Assembly: GCA_938034375.1 (NCBI GenBank)
Contig: CALHLB010000007.1
Location: 1 to 53,863, forward strand
Length of the DNA: 53,863 nt
Direction: 5' to 3'
DNA from: an uncultured Alphaproteobacteria bacterium
GTDB taxonomy: Bacteria; Pseudomonadota; Alphaproteobacteria; Rhizobiales; JACESI01
Shown here one piece after another: positions 9,503 to 19,312 of this stretch (position 1 is the first letter of the stretch; the number at the start of each line of letters is the position of its first letter). Both the position numbers and the translations under genes were made by a program. Below the pieces are notes generated by a model. That model did no database searches. It was not told the DNA's origin and saw only the letters and a list, made by a program, of their open reading frames with translations.

Positions 9503-11617
9503 TTAGCCCGCTCGCAACAAACGAATAGCGTCCGCTCTATCAAAAATATAAAGAAGATTTCTTAGCGCTTTTCCGCGGGGGCTTGCAAGGGCTGGGTCTT
9601 TTGTTAAAAATAATTTTGCATCATCTCTTGCTAATTCCAATAAATGGGCGTGAAGGGTTAAATCTGCTATTTTAAAGCCCGGTATTCCGCTTTGTTTCGT
9701 CCCTAAAAGGTCACCTTCACCGCGTAATCTTAAGTCTTCTTCTGCAATTAAAAAGCCGTCCTCACTGTCTTTCATAATTTGCAAACGGGCGCGGCTGGTT
9801 TCGCCAAGAGGACCTTTATAAAGAAGAAGGCAGGTTGATTGTTCTTGTCCACGTCCCACACGCCCTCGAAGTTGGTGTAATTGGGCAAGGCCAAAGCGTT
9901 CAGCATGTTCAATAACCATAATGGTCGCATCAGGCACATCAACGCCGACTTCAATAACGGTTGTCGCAACAAGAAGTCGCGCATCTCCTTTTTGAAAACG
10001 CTGCATGGCCTTTTCTTTTTCTTCTGCGGGCATTTGGCCATGAACAAGGGCCACCTTATCCCCAAGTAGAGAATAAAGGCTTTGAAAGCGCTCTTCAGCA
10101 GCGGTAAAATTCAGTTCCTCATTTTCTTCCACTAGGGGGCAAACCCAATAAGCTTTTTTGCCATCTTCTATGGCATCTTTAATGCGACTGGCAACATCTG
10201 CCAAACGATCAAGTGATATGGTTCTGGTTTCAATCGGCAGGCGACCTTTTGGCTTATCAGCTAAACGAGAAACATCCATATCGCCAAAATAGGTCATTAC
10301 AAGCGTTCGTGGAATGGGTGTTGCAGTCATGGCCAAAAGATCTGTTGCTTGCCCTTTATTACTTAAGGCAAGGCGCTGTTGAACACCAAAACGATGTTGC
10401 TCATCGATGATAACAAGACCCAGTTTTTTGAAAATAGCGCTTTCTTGAAAAAGCGCGTGGGTTCCTGCAACCATATGAATTGTGCCTTCTTCCAGACCTT
10501 CTAATATATCACGCCTTTCTTGCCCCTTTTCCCGACCTGTCAAAATTGCCACATTAAGACCTGCCGCATCGGCCAAGGGTTTGATTGTTTTATAATGCTG
10601 GCGGGCCAATAGTTCTGTTGGGGCCATTAAGGCGGATTGAAAGCCCGATTCATTGGCACGCACCATGGCCATTAAACCAATAACGGTTTTTCCTGCGCCA
10701 ACATCGCCTTGCAAAAGACGCACCATGCGTACTTTTGATGCCATATCACCTTCAATTTCTGCAATTGCTCGTTCTTGCGCGCAGGTTAGGTCAAAAGGTA
10801 AGGCATCTATAATAAGTCTTTTTAAATGGCCTGTTCCTGTTTTCTCAATTCCTTTTACTCTTCTTACTTTTTCACGCACCAGAGCCAGCGCGAGTTGGCT
10901 TGCTAAAAGCTCATCATAAGCAAGACGCAACCATGAAGGGCTTTCTTGCCCAAAAGACTTTGAATCTGGTGGTGTATGTGTAAATTCGAGGGCTGTTTTA
11001 AAGTCTGGCCACTTTTCTCGTCCAATAATTGCTTTATCAATCCATTCATCAAATTCTGGTATAAGCTCTAAACTTGCACGAATGGATTTCGATAATGTTT
11101 TGGGTGAAAGGCCAGCTGTCATTGGATAAATAGTTTCCACAAGTGGCATTTTTCCAAACGCTTCTTCATCCAGAATATGATCTGGATGGGTTATTTGCGG
11201 AAAACCGTCAAAAATTTCTATTTTGCCACTAATATATCGTAATGAATCAAGCGGCATTTGCTTTAGTAAATAGTCGCCATGACTGTGAAAAAACACAAGT
11301 GTTATCGTTCCGCTCTCATCATGGGCAGCAATTTTATAAGGAACACGCCTGTTGCCTCGCGGGGGTGGGCGATGTTCATCAATGATGACTTTTAGCGTAA
11401 CAATTTGCCCATCTTCAGCCATTGCAATACCAGGCTGATTGCGCCTATCAATTAAATTAATCGGCATGTGCAAAAGTATATCCAAAATTCTAACATCTTG
11501 CTCTGGTTTAAGAAAATAAAATAATTTCCCCATTTTCAAGGCAACTTTCGGGCCAACGCCATTCAACGTTGTTATAGGGCTAAAAAGAGGGTCCAGAATT
11601 GTGGGGCGCGTTGCCAT
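9503..11617 (-). CDS. recG: ATP-dependent DNA helicase RecG
   Basis: Wedge domain, Walker A GDVGAGKT, DEQHRFG box, C-terminal RGEGDLLGTKQSG. The start is taken at MATRPTILDPLF (internal Met of the 745-aa ORF). Confidence 0.93.
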   Translation of the reverse strand: MATRPTILDPLFSPITTLNGVGPKVALKMGKLFYFLKPEQDVRILDILLHMPINLIDRRNQPGIAMAEDGQIVTLKVIIDEHRPPPRGNRRVPYKIAAHDESGTITLVFFHSHGDYLLKQMPLDSLRYISGKIEIFDGFPQITHPDHILDEEAFGKMPLVETIYPMTAGLSPKTLSKSIRASLELIPEFDEWIDKAIIGREKWPDFKTALEFTHTPPDSKSFGQESPSWLRLAYDELLASQLALALVREKVRRVKGIEKTGTGHLKRLIIDALPFDLTCAQERAIAEIEGDMASKVRMVRLLQGDVGAGKTVIGLMAMVRANESGFQSALMAPTELLARQHYKTIKPLADAAGLNVAILTGREKGQERRDILEGLEEGTIHMVAGTHALFQESAIFKKLGLVIIDEQHRFGVQQRLALSNKGQATDLLAMTATPIPRTLVMTYFGDMDVSRLADKPKGRLPIETRTISLDRLADVASRIKDAIEDGKKAYWVCPLVEENEELNFTAAEERFQSLYSLLGDKVALVHGQMPAEEKEKAMQRFQKGDARLLVATTVIEVGVDVPDATIMVIEHAERFGLAQLHQLRGRVGRGQEQSTCLLLYKGPLGETSRARLQIMKDSEDGFLIAEEDLRLRGEGDLLGTKQSGIPGFKIADLTLHAHLLELARDDAKLFLTKDPALASPRGKALRNLLYIFDRADAIRLLRAG

Positions 11618-11772
11618 GAAAGTCCGTTTATTTTTTTCTAATCTATTGACTGGTCTGTGTGCAGGTAAAAGAGTATAGAAGGTGCCTATCGTCATTTTGC
11701 CTTTAGCAAGGCTATGACATAAATAGAATAAACGCATCAAGAAATTATAAAATCACACGGGAATTAAGTACG

Positions 11773-12060
11773 ATGACCCTGCAAAACGGCCCCACTTTAT
11801 CTTCCAGCGGCCTTGAACCAAGGCGAAAAAAAATGTTATTTCGTGCATGGCATCGTGGCATGAAGGAAATGGATATCGTTTTTGGCAAATTTGCGGATGC
11901 TCACCTTGCTACCTTAAGCGAGATTGAACTTACAGAATTCGAACATCTTTTAAAAGCACCAGATCGAGATCTTTTTAAATGGATTTCAGGTGAGGAAAAT
12001 ATACCTATAGAATATAATAATAACTTGATGAAAAAAATTATCGCCTTTCACACCTTTTAA
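11773..12060 (+). CDS. sdhE: Succinate dehydrogenase flavinylation/assembly factor (SdhE/SDHAF2 family)
   Basis: Conserved RRKKMLFRAWHRGMKEMDIVFGKF...DRDLFKWISGEE pattern; sits between recG and mfd as in many alphaproteobacteria. The true start may be an internal Met. Confidence 0.75.
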   Translation: MTLQNGPTLSSSGLEPRRKKMLFRAWHRGMKEMDIVFGKFADAHLATLSEIELTEFEHLLKAPDRDLFKWISGEENIPIEYNNNLMKKIIAFHTF

Positions 12061-12080
12061 AAGATGCCTCCCAATCAAAT

Positions 12081-15000
12081 ATGACTGATTTTATAGACTT
12101 TATAAAGCATGAGGAAGATGTCGTACTATCTGGTGTTCCAGATGGTATGGAAGCCCTTGTTATCGCCGATATTGTACGTACACGTTTAACACTTACAAAT
12201 GAAGAAGGCGGGCTTCAGCTGGTTTTTGTTTCCCGTGATGGCAATCGGCTTTCCATGATGCAGGACGCTTTATCTTTTTTTGCACCTTTTGCAAATGTTT
12301 TATCTCTACCGGCATGGGATTGTTTACCTTATGATAGAGTATCGCCTTCTTCCCTTGTTTCAGCAGAGCGTATGGCAACGCTTGCGCGGTTAGCCAGCCC
12401 TAAATCTTTAGAAAAAAAGCCGACAATTCTATTACTAACCGCTAATGCGCTTTTACAAAAATCACCCATTATGGATGGATTGGGTCGCCAGATTCTTTTT
12501 GCCAAACCCGGCAATATGCTGGAAATGCAAAAGGTTGTTTTATGGCTTGAAAATAATGGGTTTGAACGCACGCCAACTGTGCGCGAACGGGGTGAATATG
12601 CTGTGCGCGGCGGTATTATTGATCTTTACGCTCCAGGCAGAGGGGATCCATTACGATTAGATTTTTTTGGTGATACCTTAGAATCTATCAGAACATTTGA
12701 CCCTGAAAGCCAGCGTTCTGTTGCCCAAAAACGGCTTTTACAACTCGTCCCAATGAGTGAAATTCAATTAAATAGCGCCTCTATAAAGCGTTTTCGGGAA
12801 AATTATGTAAGACATTTTGGGGCAGCATCCCCTGATGATGTGCTTTATCAAGCAATAAGCGAGGGGCGCCGTTTTGCAGGCATGGAGCATTGGTTACCCT
12901 TTTTTCATGAAAAATTGCAAAATGTATTAGCTTTTATCAACAAGGTTCCCATCGTTTTTGATCATCTCTGTGACGAGGCGATGAAAGCACGTGGTAATCA
13001 AATAAAAGATCATTTTGAATCCCGTAAACTCACTTTAGAAGATGGGTTTTCTGATGGGTCACTCCCTTATAAGCCAGTTCCCAGTGATTTGCTTTATGAG
13101 AGTTTTGATAACGTTGAAAAGGAGATGCAAAATAGGCAGTTTATAACGCTTTCTCCTTTTAATACACTTGAATCTGGGCGGCGCATAATTGCGCTTAATG
13201 GTATTCAAGGCCGCGGGTTTGCCGCAGAGCGTAATGATGAAAAAGTTAATGTTTTTGAAGCCGCAAGCAACCATATCTTAGAGCTGCAAAAACAGGGTAG
13301 AAAAGTAGTCATTGCTTGCTGGTCGCGCGGTACTGCCGAACGTATGAGCCAAATGCTTAAAGATCATGGCCTTAAAAAAGCAAGTTTTTGCAAAAATTAC
13401 GATGATGTTCTAGCGCTAGAAAAAGATGATACCGCCCTAATAACTCTGCCATTAGAAACAGGCTTTCAAAGTGAAACTCTAACAATTATTGGCGAGCAAG
13501 ATATTTTAGGCGACCGTCTGGTTAGAAAATCTAAAAGACGTCGTAAAGATAGTGACTTTATTTCGGAAGTAACAAGCCTTAGCGAAGGTGATTTAATTGT
13601 TCACATTGACCATGGTATTGGGCGCTTTGAAGGCCTGCGCTCTATTGATGTTTCTGGCGCACCGCATGATTGCCTTGAAATTACCTATCACGCTGGTGAT
13701 CGTCTTTTTCTACCCGTAGAAAATATTGAGCTTTTATCGCGCTATGGTTCTTCAGATGGGGAGGGACCTTTAGACAGATTAGGTGGAACAGCATGGCAAG
13801 CAAGAAAAGCCAAGCTGAAAAAGCGCCTTTTGGAAATGGCAGATCAGCTTATTGAAGTTGCAGCCCAGCGCGCTCTAAGAAAAGCAACGCCTTTACCAAC
13901 ACCGGAAGGGCTATATGATGAATTTTCTGCCCGTTTTCCTTATGATGAAACAGAAGATCAGTTAAATACCATCGATCATGTACTGGATGACATGGTAAGC
14001 GGGCAACCTATGGATAGGCTTGTTTGTGGTGATGTTGGTTTTGGCAAAACAGAAGTCGCCTTGCGCGCTGCCTTTGTTGCTGTCATGAATGGAAAGCAAG
14101 TTGCGGTTGTTGTCCCAACAACGCTTTTGGCCAGACAACATTATAAAACTTTTCAGGAACGCTTCTCTGGTCTTCCTGTTCGGGTGGATCACGCCTCGCG
14201 TCTGGTTGCAGGTAAACAACTCACCGCAACTAAAAAAGCGTTACAAGAAGGGGATGTTGATATTGTTGTTGGCACCCACGCCCTTTTAGGAAAAGCGATT
14301 AAATTCAGGGATTTGGGGCTTCTTATCATAGATGAGGAACAGCGTTTTGGTGTAAAACACAAAGAGCGTCTTAAAGAATTGAAGGCCGATATTCATGTTC
14401 TCACCCTATCAGCAACACCTATTCCACGTACATTGCAATTAGCCCTTACGGGTGTAAGAGAGCTTTCACTTATCACAACTCCTCCGGTTGACCGCCTTTC
14501 CGTTAGAACTTTTGTTTCTCCATTTGATGCATTGACTATACGTGAAGCACTTTTGCGGGAACGATATAGAGGTGGACAAAGCTTTTATGTTTGCCCACGG
14601 GTGAGCGACCTTAGAAAGGTGAAAGAATTTTTGGATGAAAAAGTTCCAGAACTCAAGGTAACCGTTGCCCACGGTCAAATGGCTGCAACAGAGCTTGAAG
14701 ATGTCATGAACGCTTTTTATGAGGGGCGTTTCGATGTTCTTTTAGCAACAACAATCGTGGAATCTGGTCTTGATGTACCGCGGGCTAACACATTGATTGT
14801 GCATCGGGCTGATATGTTTGGCCTTTCACAGCTTTATCAAATTAGAGGGCGCGTTGGCCGTTCAAAAACGCGAGCTTATGCCATTTTAACAGTTCCTGCC
14901 AATAAAGTTTTAACAAAAGCGGCTGAAAAACGCTTAAAAGTATTGCAATCGCTTGATAGTTTGGGCGCAGGCTTCCAACTTGCCAGCCACGACCTAGATC

Positions 15001-15602
15001 AGCGTGGATCTGGTAACCTATTGGGTGAAGAACAATCTGGCCATGTGCGTGAGGTTGGCTTTGAGCTATACCAGCAAATGCTGGAAGAAGCTGTTGCCCT
15101 GCAAAAGGCTGGCGGAGAGGCGGAAGATGATGGAAAATGGTCACCGCAAATTACAGTTGGTACGCCTGTCCTCATTCCAGAAAACTATGTGCCAGACTTA
15201 AACTTGCGTTTAAACCTTTATCGCCGGTTGGCAGACTTATCTGATGCCAATGACATAGATGGATTTGGTGCTGAAATGATTGATCGATTTGGCCCGTTGC
15301 CTGATGAAGTCGAACATCTTTTAAAAATTGTTTATATTAAAGGGCTTTGCCGGCAAGCTAATATTGAAAAAGTGGATGCAGGCCCCAAAGGCGTTGTTAT
15401 CAGTTTTAGAAATCAGCATTTTCCAAATCCAACAGGCCTTGTCGCCTTTATTGCAGAGCAAGGGCGCCAGGCTAAAATCAAGCCAGATCAGAAAATTGTC
15501 TTTTTAAGGGACTGGCCAGTGCCTGAAAAGCGCCTTAAAGGAACGGCTGTTATTTTAAGCCAGCTTGCAAAACTGGCATTAGCGAATGAAAAAGCGGATT
15601 GA
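12081..15602 (+). CDS. mfd: Transcription-repair coupling factor
   Basis: 1173 aa, with a UvrB-homology N-terminus, RNAP-interaction (CarD-like) domain [35 protein letters not shown] and a TRG motif region. Confidence 0.96.
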   Translation: MTDFIDFIKHEEDVVLSGVPDGMEALVIADIVRTRLTLTNEEGGLQLVFVSRDGNRLSMMQDALSFFAPFANVLSLPAWDCLPYDRVSPSSLVSAERMATLARLASPKSLEKKPTILLLTANALLQKSPIMDGLGRQILFAKPGNMLEMQKVVLWLENNGFERTPTVRERGEYAVRGGIIDLYAPGRGDPLRLDFFGDTLESIRTFDPESQRSVAQKRLLQLVPMSEIQLNSASIKRFRENYVRHFGAASPDDVLYQAISEGRRFAGMEHWLPFFHEKLQNVLAFINKVPIVFDHLCDEAMKARGNQIKDHFESRKLTLEDGFSDGSLPYKPVPSDLLYESFDNVEKEMQNRQFITLSPFNTLESGRRIIALNGIQGRGFAAERNDEKVNVFEAASNHILELQKQGRKVVIACWSRGTAERMSQMLKDHGLKKASFCKNYDDVLALEKDDTALITLPLETGFQSETLTIIGEQDILGDRLVRKSKRRRKDSDFISEVTSLSEGDLIVHIDHGIGRFEGLRSIDVSGAPHDCLEITYHAGDRLFLPVENIELLSRYGSSDGEGPLDRLGGTAWQARKAKLKKRLLEMADQLIEVAAQRALRKATPLPTPEGLYDEFSARFPYDETEDQLNTIDHVLDDMVSGQPMDRLVCGDVGFGKTEVALRAAFVAVMNGKQVAVVVPTTLLARQHYKTFQERFSGLPVRVDHASRLVAGKQLTATKKALQEGDVDIVVGTHALLGKAIKFRDLGLLIIDEEQRFGVKHKERLKELKADIHVLTLSATPIPRTLQLALTGVRELSLITTPPVDRLSVRTFVSPFDALTIREALLRERYRGGQSFYVCPRVSDLRKVKEFLDEKVPELKVTVAHGQMAATELEDVMNAFYEGRFDVLLATTIVESGLDVPRANTLIVHRADMFGLSQLYQIRGRVGRSKTRAYAILTVPANKVLTKAAEKRLKVLQSLDSLGAGFQLASHDLDQRGSGNLLGEEQSGHVREVGFELYQQMLEEAVALQKAGGEAEDDGKWSPQITVGTPVLIPENYVPDLNLRLNLYRRLADLSDANDIDGFGAEMIDRFGPLPDEVEHLLKIVYIKGLCRQANIEKVDAGPKGVVISFRNQHFPNPTGLVAFIAEQGRQAKIKPDQKIVFLRDWPVPEKRLKGTAVILSQLAKLALANEKAD

Positions 15603-15674
15603 TGCAAAGAGAAAGGAAGAGCTTTTGCACAGGGTAATTAATAAGCCTTGAGTTTAAGATATGGCATTGGTGCA

Positions 15675-15860
15675 TTAAAATAGATAATCATTCCAGTTAT
15701 CTGTAAAGAAGAGGGTAAGTTTAGCTTGCACCATATGTATTGCTTTGGAATAGCAGAATGTTTTTCTATGGAAACGAGCGAGATAGTGGCGGATGCGGCT
15801 GTTCAGCCCTTCAATCGCTGCAGTTTCAGATTTGGTTTCAACATGCATATGTTTAGGCAC
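15675..15860 (-). pseudogene. IS1-family transposase C-terminal fragment (remnant)
   Basis: ETKSETAAIEGLNSRIRHYLARFHRKTFCYSKAIHMVQAKLTLFF resembles the conserved C-terminal end of IS1-type transposases (..E..N..IR..L.R..RKT.CFSK). No N-terminal part is present. Confidence 0.55.
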
Positions 15861-16293
15861 GATCTGGCGATAGGCCGGATAATAATCCGGCTTTTTTTAT
15901 AAGAATATAATCTCGTACCGTGTCTTTTCTGTTTTCTGAAATATAATCTATCGTAACTCTGCTACGCAATCGAAAACCTTGCTTGATAATTTCTACTCGA
16001 CGTTCAGCGCTAAATGTTTTAAAAATAGCGTAAAATTTACCATTTTGCAGAATCCCTTCAGTCCACCCCCAAGAGCAATTCTTTGGGCGACAGCTTTCAA
16101 AAGCACGTATAGAGAATGATTTCTCTCCCGTATTTCTGTTACAATTTTCCTTTATTTCAAATTTAGAAAGCGTCTTTTCTTCCTGGCGAATATTGTTCCA
16201 GGAACCTTCATAAAACGAACGCCCGCAAGCGCTTGCATCTTCAATCCAAAATGAAAGAGAAAAAAAGAAGGACGTAATAATTATAAATTTCAT
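15853..16293 (-). CDS. Hypothetical secreted Cys-containing protein; the C-terminus is probably chimeric
   Basis: N-terminal signal-like segment MKFIIITSFFFSLSFW..ASAC; no family recognised; AT-rich. The last ~14 codons read through a plus-strand terminator hairpin and abut the IS1 remnant. Confidence 0.45.
   Translation of the reverse strand: MKFIIITSFFFSLSFWIEDASACGRSFYEGSWNNIRQEEKTLSKFEIKENCNRNTGEKSFSIRAFESCRPKNCSWGWTEGILQNGKFYAIFKTFSAERRVEIIKQGFRLRSRVTIDYISENRKDTVRDYILIKKAGLLSGLSPDRA
15874..15898 (+). terminator. Rho-independent terminator, plus strand (GCCGGAT-AATA-ATCCGGC followed by T7)
   Basis: 7-bp GC-rich stem plus TTTTTTT. It lies inside the 3' end of minus-strand ORF 15853..16293 and next to the IS1 remnant, and may be the displaced mfd terminator. 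Confidence 0.6.
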
Positions 16294-16314
16294 TGTTCCC
16301 TCACACTCTTGACC

Positions 16315-17262
16315 TTAAGCTCTAGGATGCGCCTTATCATAAATATCTGCTAATCTATCCATATCAACTGCTGTATATATTTGTGTTGTTGAAAGGCTCG
16401 CATGGCCTAAAAGTTCCTGAATAGAACGCAAATCACCCCCATTCTTTAAAAGATGTGTCGCAAAAGAATGGCGTAAGGCATGGGGTGTTGCCGTCTCTGG
16501 TAGATTTAGCGCGGAACGTAAATTCTGCATAGCTTTTTGTATCATCCGGGCATTAAGAGGACCGCCTTTAACGCCTCGAAAAAAGGGGGCTTCCCCTTCC
16601 AGAACGAAAGGGCACAGCTTTTTATAGGCAAGCAGGTTTTGAAAAATAACGGGCAAAATAGGCACCATACGCTCTTTGCCTCCTTTGCCGGTTATATAAA
16701 GTGTTTTAAGCGGCTTTTCCCCGACCATATCTGAACGTAAAGACAGGGCCTCTGAAATGCGTAAGCCCGCCCCATAGCAAAGACTTAAAACGGCAGCATC
16801 ACGCGCGGCAACCCAATCAACATCATGAATCTGTGCATCCATCTGCACCACTTTTTTTGACTGCTCTTCACTCAAGGGCTTCGGGAGACTATCGCCCTTT
16901 TTAGGGGTTTTGATAACTCCGAAGCAGGACGCATCAATGAAACCTTCCTTTTCCAGTTTTTTAATAAAAGAACGCACACCAGATAAATTGCGCCCAACAC
17001 TGCGCGCCCCTGTTCCCTCCTGTTTTCGTCTAGCCATAAAACTACGAATATCCATAGGGTTGAGCGCGTCAATATCTGAAACATTAGGTGGATGCCCTAA
17101 ATGCCCCGTAAGGAACGATAAAAATTGCCGTACATCGCGCTCATAAGCTTGCAAAGTTTGTGCAGCAAGCTTGCGCTCAAATTTAAGCCCATGGAGCCAT
17201 TTTTGAACATGGCCCGCTAAATCTTCCTGCGCAATAACAAGATAAGTATGATCTTTTTTCAT
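16315..17262 (-). CDS. xerC: Site-specific tyrosine recombinase XerC (XerC/XerD family)
   Basis: N-terminal SAM-like domain (RKLAAQTLQAYERDVRQFLSFLTGHLG), catalytic residues in GLRISE, HALRHSFATHLL and LGHASLSTTQIYT. The XerC versus XerD assignment is from N-terminal resemblance only. Confidence 0.7.
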   Translation of the reverse strand: MKKDHTYLVIAQEDLAGHVQKWLHGLKFERKLAAQTLQAYERDVRQFLSFLTGHLGHPPNVSDIDALNPMDIRSFMARRKQEGTGARSVGRNLSGVRSFIKKLEKEGFIDASCFGVIKTPKKGDSLPKPLSEEQSKKVVQMDAQIHDVDWVAARDAAVLSLCYGAGLRISEALSLRSDMVGEKPLKTLYITGKGGKERMVPILPVIFQNLLAYKKLCPFVLEGEAPFFRGVKGGPLNARMIQKAMQNLRSALNLPETATPHALRHSFATHLLKNGGDLRSIQELLGHASLSTTQIYTAVDMDRLADIYDKAHPRA

Positions 17263-17454
17263 ACATAAAATTTACGCCCATCTCATTAAAGCAATGTGAA
17301 CGAGCCAATATCATTAGCTTTTGTTAACAAGCAGCCAATAAAATATTGTTATTAAAACGTTTTGAAAATCAGATAGATTCCGATGAGCTTATACCGTATA
17401 TTTATATGAAATAACCACAAACAATGATAAACCAACAACAAGCCTTAGCCTCCA

Positions 17455-17850
17455 ATGATTTATGAAGCCATCTCTCATGAGATTAAAATATCCGTTCTGC
17501 CCGTCTATCTGGAAGATGAATCCAACCCAGACAAACACCATTTCGTCTGGGCCTATCAGATTGAAATAGAAAATTTGAGTGAGAAAACGGTTCAATTACG
17601 TGAACGCTATTGGAAAATTTCCAATGCACTTGGCAAAATTGAGGAAGTGCATGGCGAAGGCGTTGTTGGTAAACAGCCCGTTTTAGAACCAGGCGGCAAA
17701 TTTGATTATACAAGTGGCTGCCCACTTGGCACTTCTTCCGGCATTATGGCAGGGCATTATGTTATGGTGAATGAGGAAGGCAATGTTTTCAATGTCGAAA
17801 TTCCAGCCTTCTCACTGGATATTCCAGATTACAGTCCGTCCTTAAACTGA
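17455..17850 (+). CDS. apaG: ApaG (DUF525) protein
   Basis: Conserved YLEDESNPDKHHFVWAYQIEIEN...LRERYWKI...VHGEGVVGKQPVLEPG..F.YTSGCPL pattern. Confidence 0.9.
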   Translation: MIYEAISHEIKISVLPVYLEDESNPDKHHFVWAYQIEIENLSEKTVQLRERYWKISNALGKIEEVHGEGVVGKQPVLEPGGKFDYTSGCPLGTSSGIMAGHYVMVNEEGNVFNVEIPAFSLDIPDYSPSLN

Positions 17851-17863
17851 TGGGAATCATTGA

Positions 17864-19312
17864 TTGATTGACCTTCGCCCCATAATTCTGGTTGTTGGAG
17901 TTCTCCTCACCTTCTTGGGGATTACCATGTTTATTCCTGCTCTGGTTGATTTGGCCTTTGGTAATACTGAATGGCGTATTTTCATGGCATCAGGATTAAT
18001 TACCTCGCTGATTGGAACCGGTTTTTATGCCGCTTCCCGCGGAAACCATAAAGGTTTATCACTCAAACAGGCATTTTTAATGTCTGTCATGACATGGGTT
18101 AGCCTATGCGCTTTTGGTGCGCTACCCTTTTATTGGAATCCAGAAATAACAAGCTATACCGATGCTTTTTTTGAATCGATTTCAGCCCTCACGACAACAG
18201 GCGCTACAATCATGGTAGGTTTGGATGAAGCCGCGCCAGGCATTTTATTATGGCGCGGCATCCTGCAATGGATTGGAGGCCTTGGCATTATCGTCATGGC
18301 CGTTTCGGTTTTGCCCATGTTGCAAATTGGGGGTATGCAAATTTTTAAAGCAGAAGCCTTTGATACAGCAGAAAAAATTCTGCCAAGCGCAACCCAAATT
18401 TCTGGCATTATGACAGCTATTTATTCAAGCTTAACATTAGCTTGCGCTATTGCTTATTCGTTTGCCGGCATGTCCGCTTTTGATGCGACCATTCATGCCA
18501 TGACAACCGTTGCAACAGGTGGCTTTTCAACAAAAGATGCCTCTATCGGCGCTTTTAATAATGGCGCAATTGATAGCGTTGCCATTCTCTTCATGATTTT
18601 AGGCTCGCTTCCTTTCATGCTTTATATCAAAATCATGCAAGGCAATCACTATGCACTCTTTTCCGATTCTCAAGTAAAAGTCTTTCTGCTTACATTGGGC
18701 GGATTTATCTTGCTCGTTACAGCTTTGCAAATAGCTGGCGACCATCACCAAAGCCTTGATGCCATACGTCATGCAACTTTCAATGTTGTTTCCATTATGA
18801 CAGGCACAGGCTATGCCACACAAAATTATGGGGCATGGGGTATTTTTTCTACGGCGATTTTCTTTCTTCTCATGTTTGTGGGGGGCTGCGCTGGCTCAAC
18901 ATCCTGCGGTATCAAGATTTTCCGATGGCAAGTTTTATTTCAAGACCTAAAACAACATGTCAATTCAACCGCTTTTCCCAATGGCGTTTTTGTCAAACGC
19001 TTTAATGGCAAGATTTTACCCGATAGCGTTTCTATCGCGGTCATGAGTTTCTTTTTTCTTTATCTTTTGTGCTTTGCCATTTTAACAGCCCTTTTAAGCT
19101 TAACAGGTCTTGATACGCTAACGGCTTTATCGGGGGCTGCTTCTGCCATTTCCAATGTTGGCCCCGGTCTTGGTCATATTATTGGCCCTGCGGGCAATTA
19201 TGCCAGTTTAAATGAGATTGCAAAATGGATTTTAGCAGTTGGCATGCTTTTGGGAAGATTAGAACTTTTTACAGTTCTGGTTCTTCTTTCACCTGCTTTC
19301 TGGCGGGTTTAA
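17864..19312 (+). CDS. trkH: Trk-type potassium uptake membrane protein TrkH
   Basis: 482-aa polytopic protein with selectivity-filter-like repeats (TTTGATI, VATGGFST, MTGTGYAT, SNVGPGLG). TTG start at 17864 inferred from the N-terminal alignment pattern. Confidence 0.88.
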   Translation: MIDLRPIILVVGVLLTFLGITMFIPALVDLAFGNTEWRIFMASGLITSLIGTGFYAASRGNHKGLSLKQAFLMSVMTWVSLCAFGALPFYWNPEITSYTDAFFESISALTTTGATIMVGLDEAAPGILLWRGILQWIGGLGIIVMAVSVLPMLQIGGMQIFKAEAFDTAEKILPSATQISGIMTAIYSSLTLACAIAYSFAGMSAFDATIHAMTTVATGGFSTKDASIGAFNNGAIDSVAILFMILGSLPFMLYIKIMQGNHYALFSDSQVKVFLLTLGGFILLVTALQIAGDHHQSLDAIRHATFNVVSIMTGTGYATQNYGAWGIFSTAIFFLLMFVGGCAGSTSCGIKIFRWQVLFQDLKQHVNSTAFPNGVFVKRFNGKILPDSVSIAVMSFFFLYLLCFAILTALLSLTGLDTLTALSGAASAISNVGPGLGHIIGPAGNYASLNEIAKWILAVGMLLGRLELFTVLVLLSPAFWRV

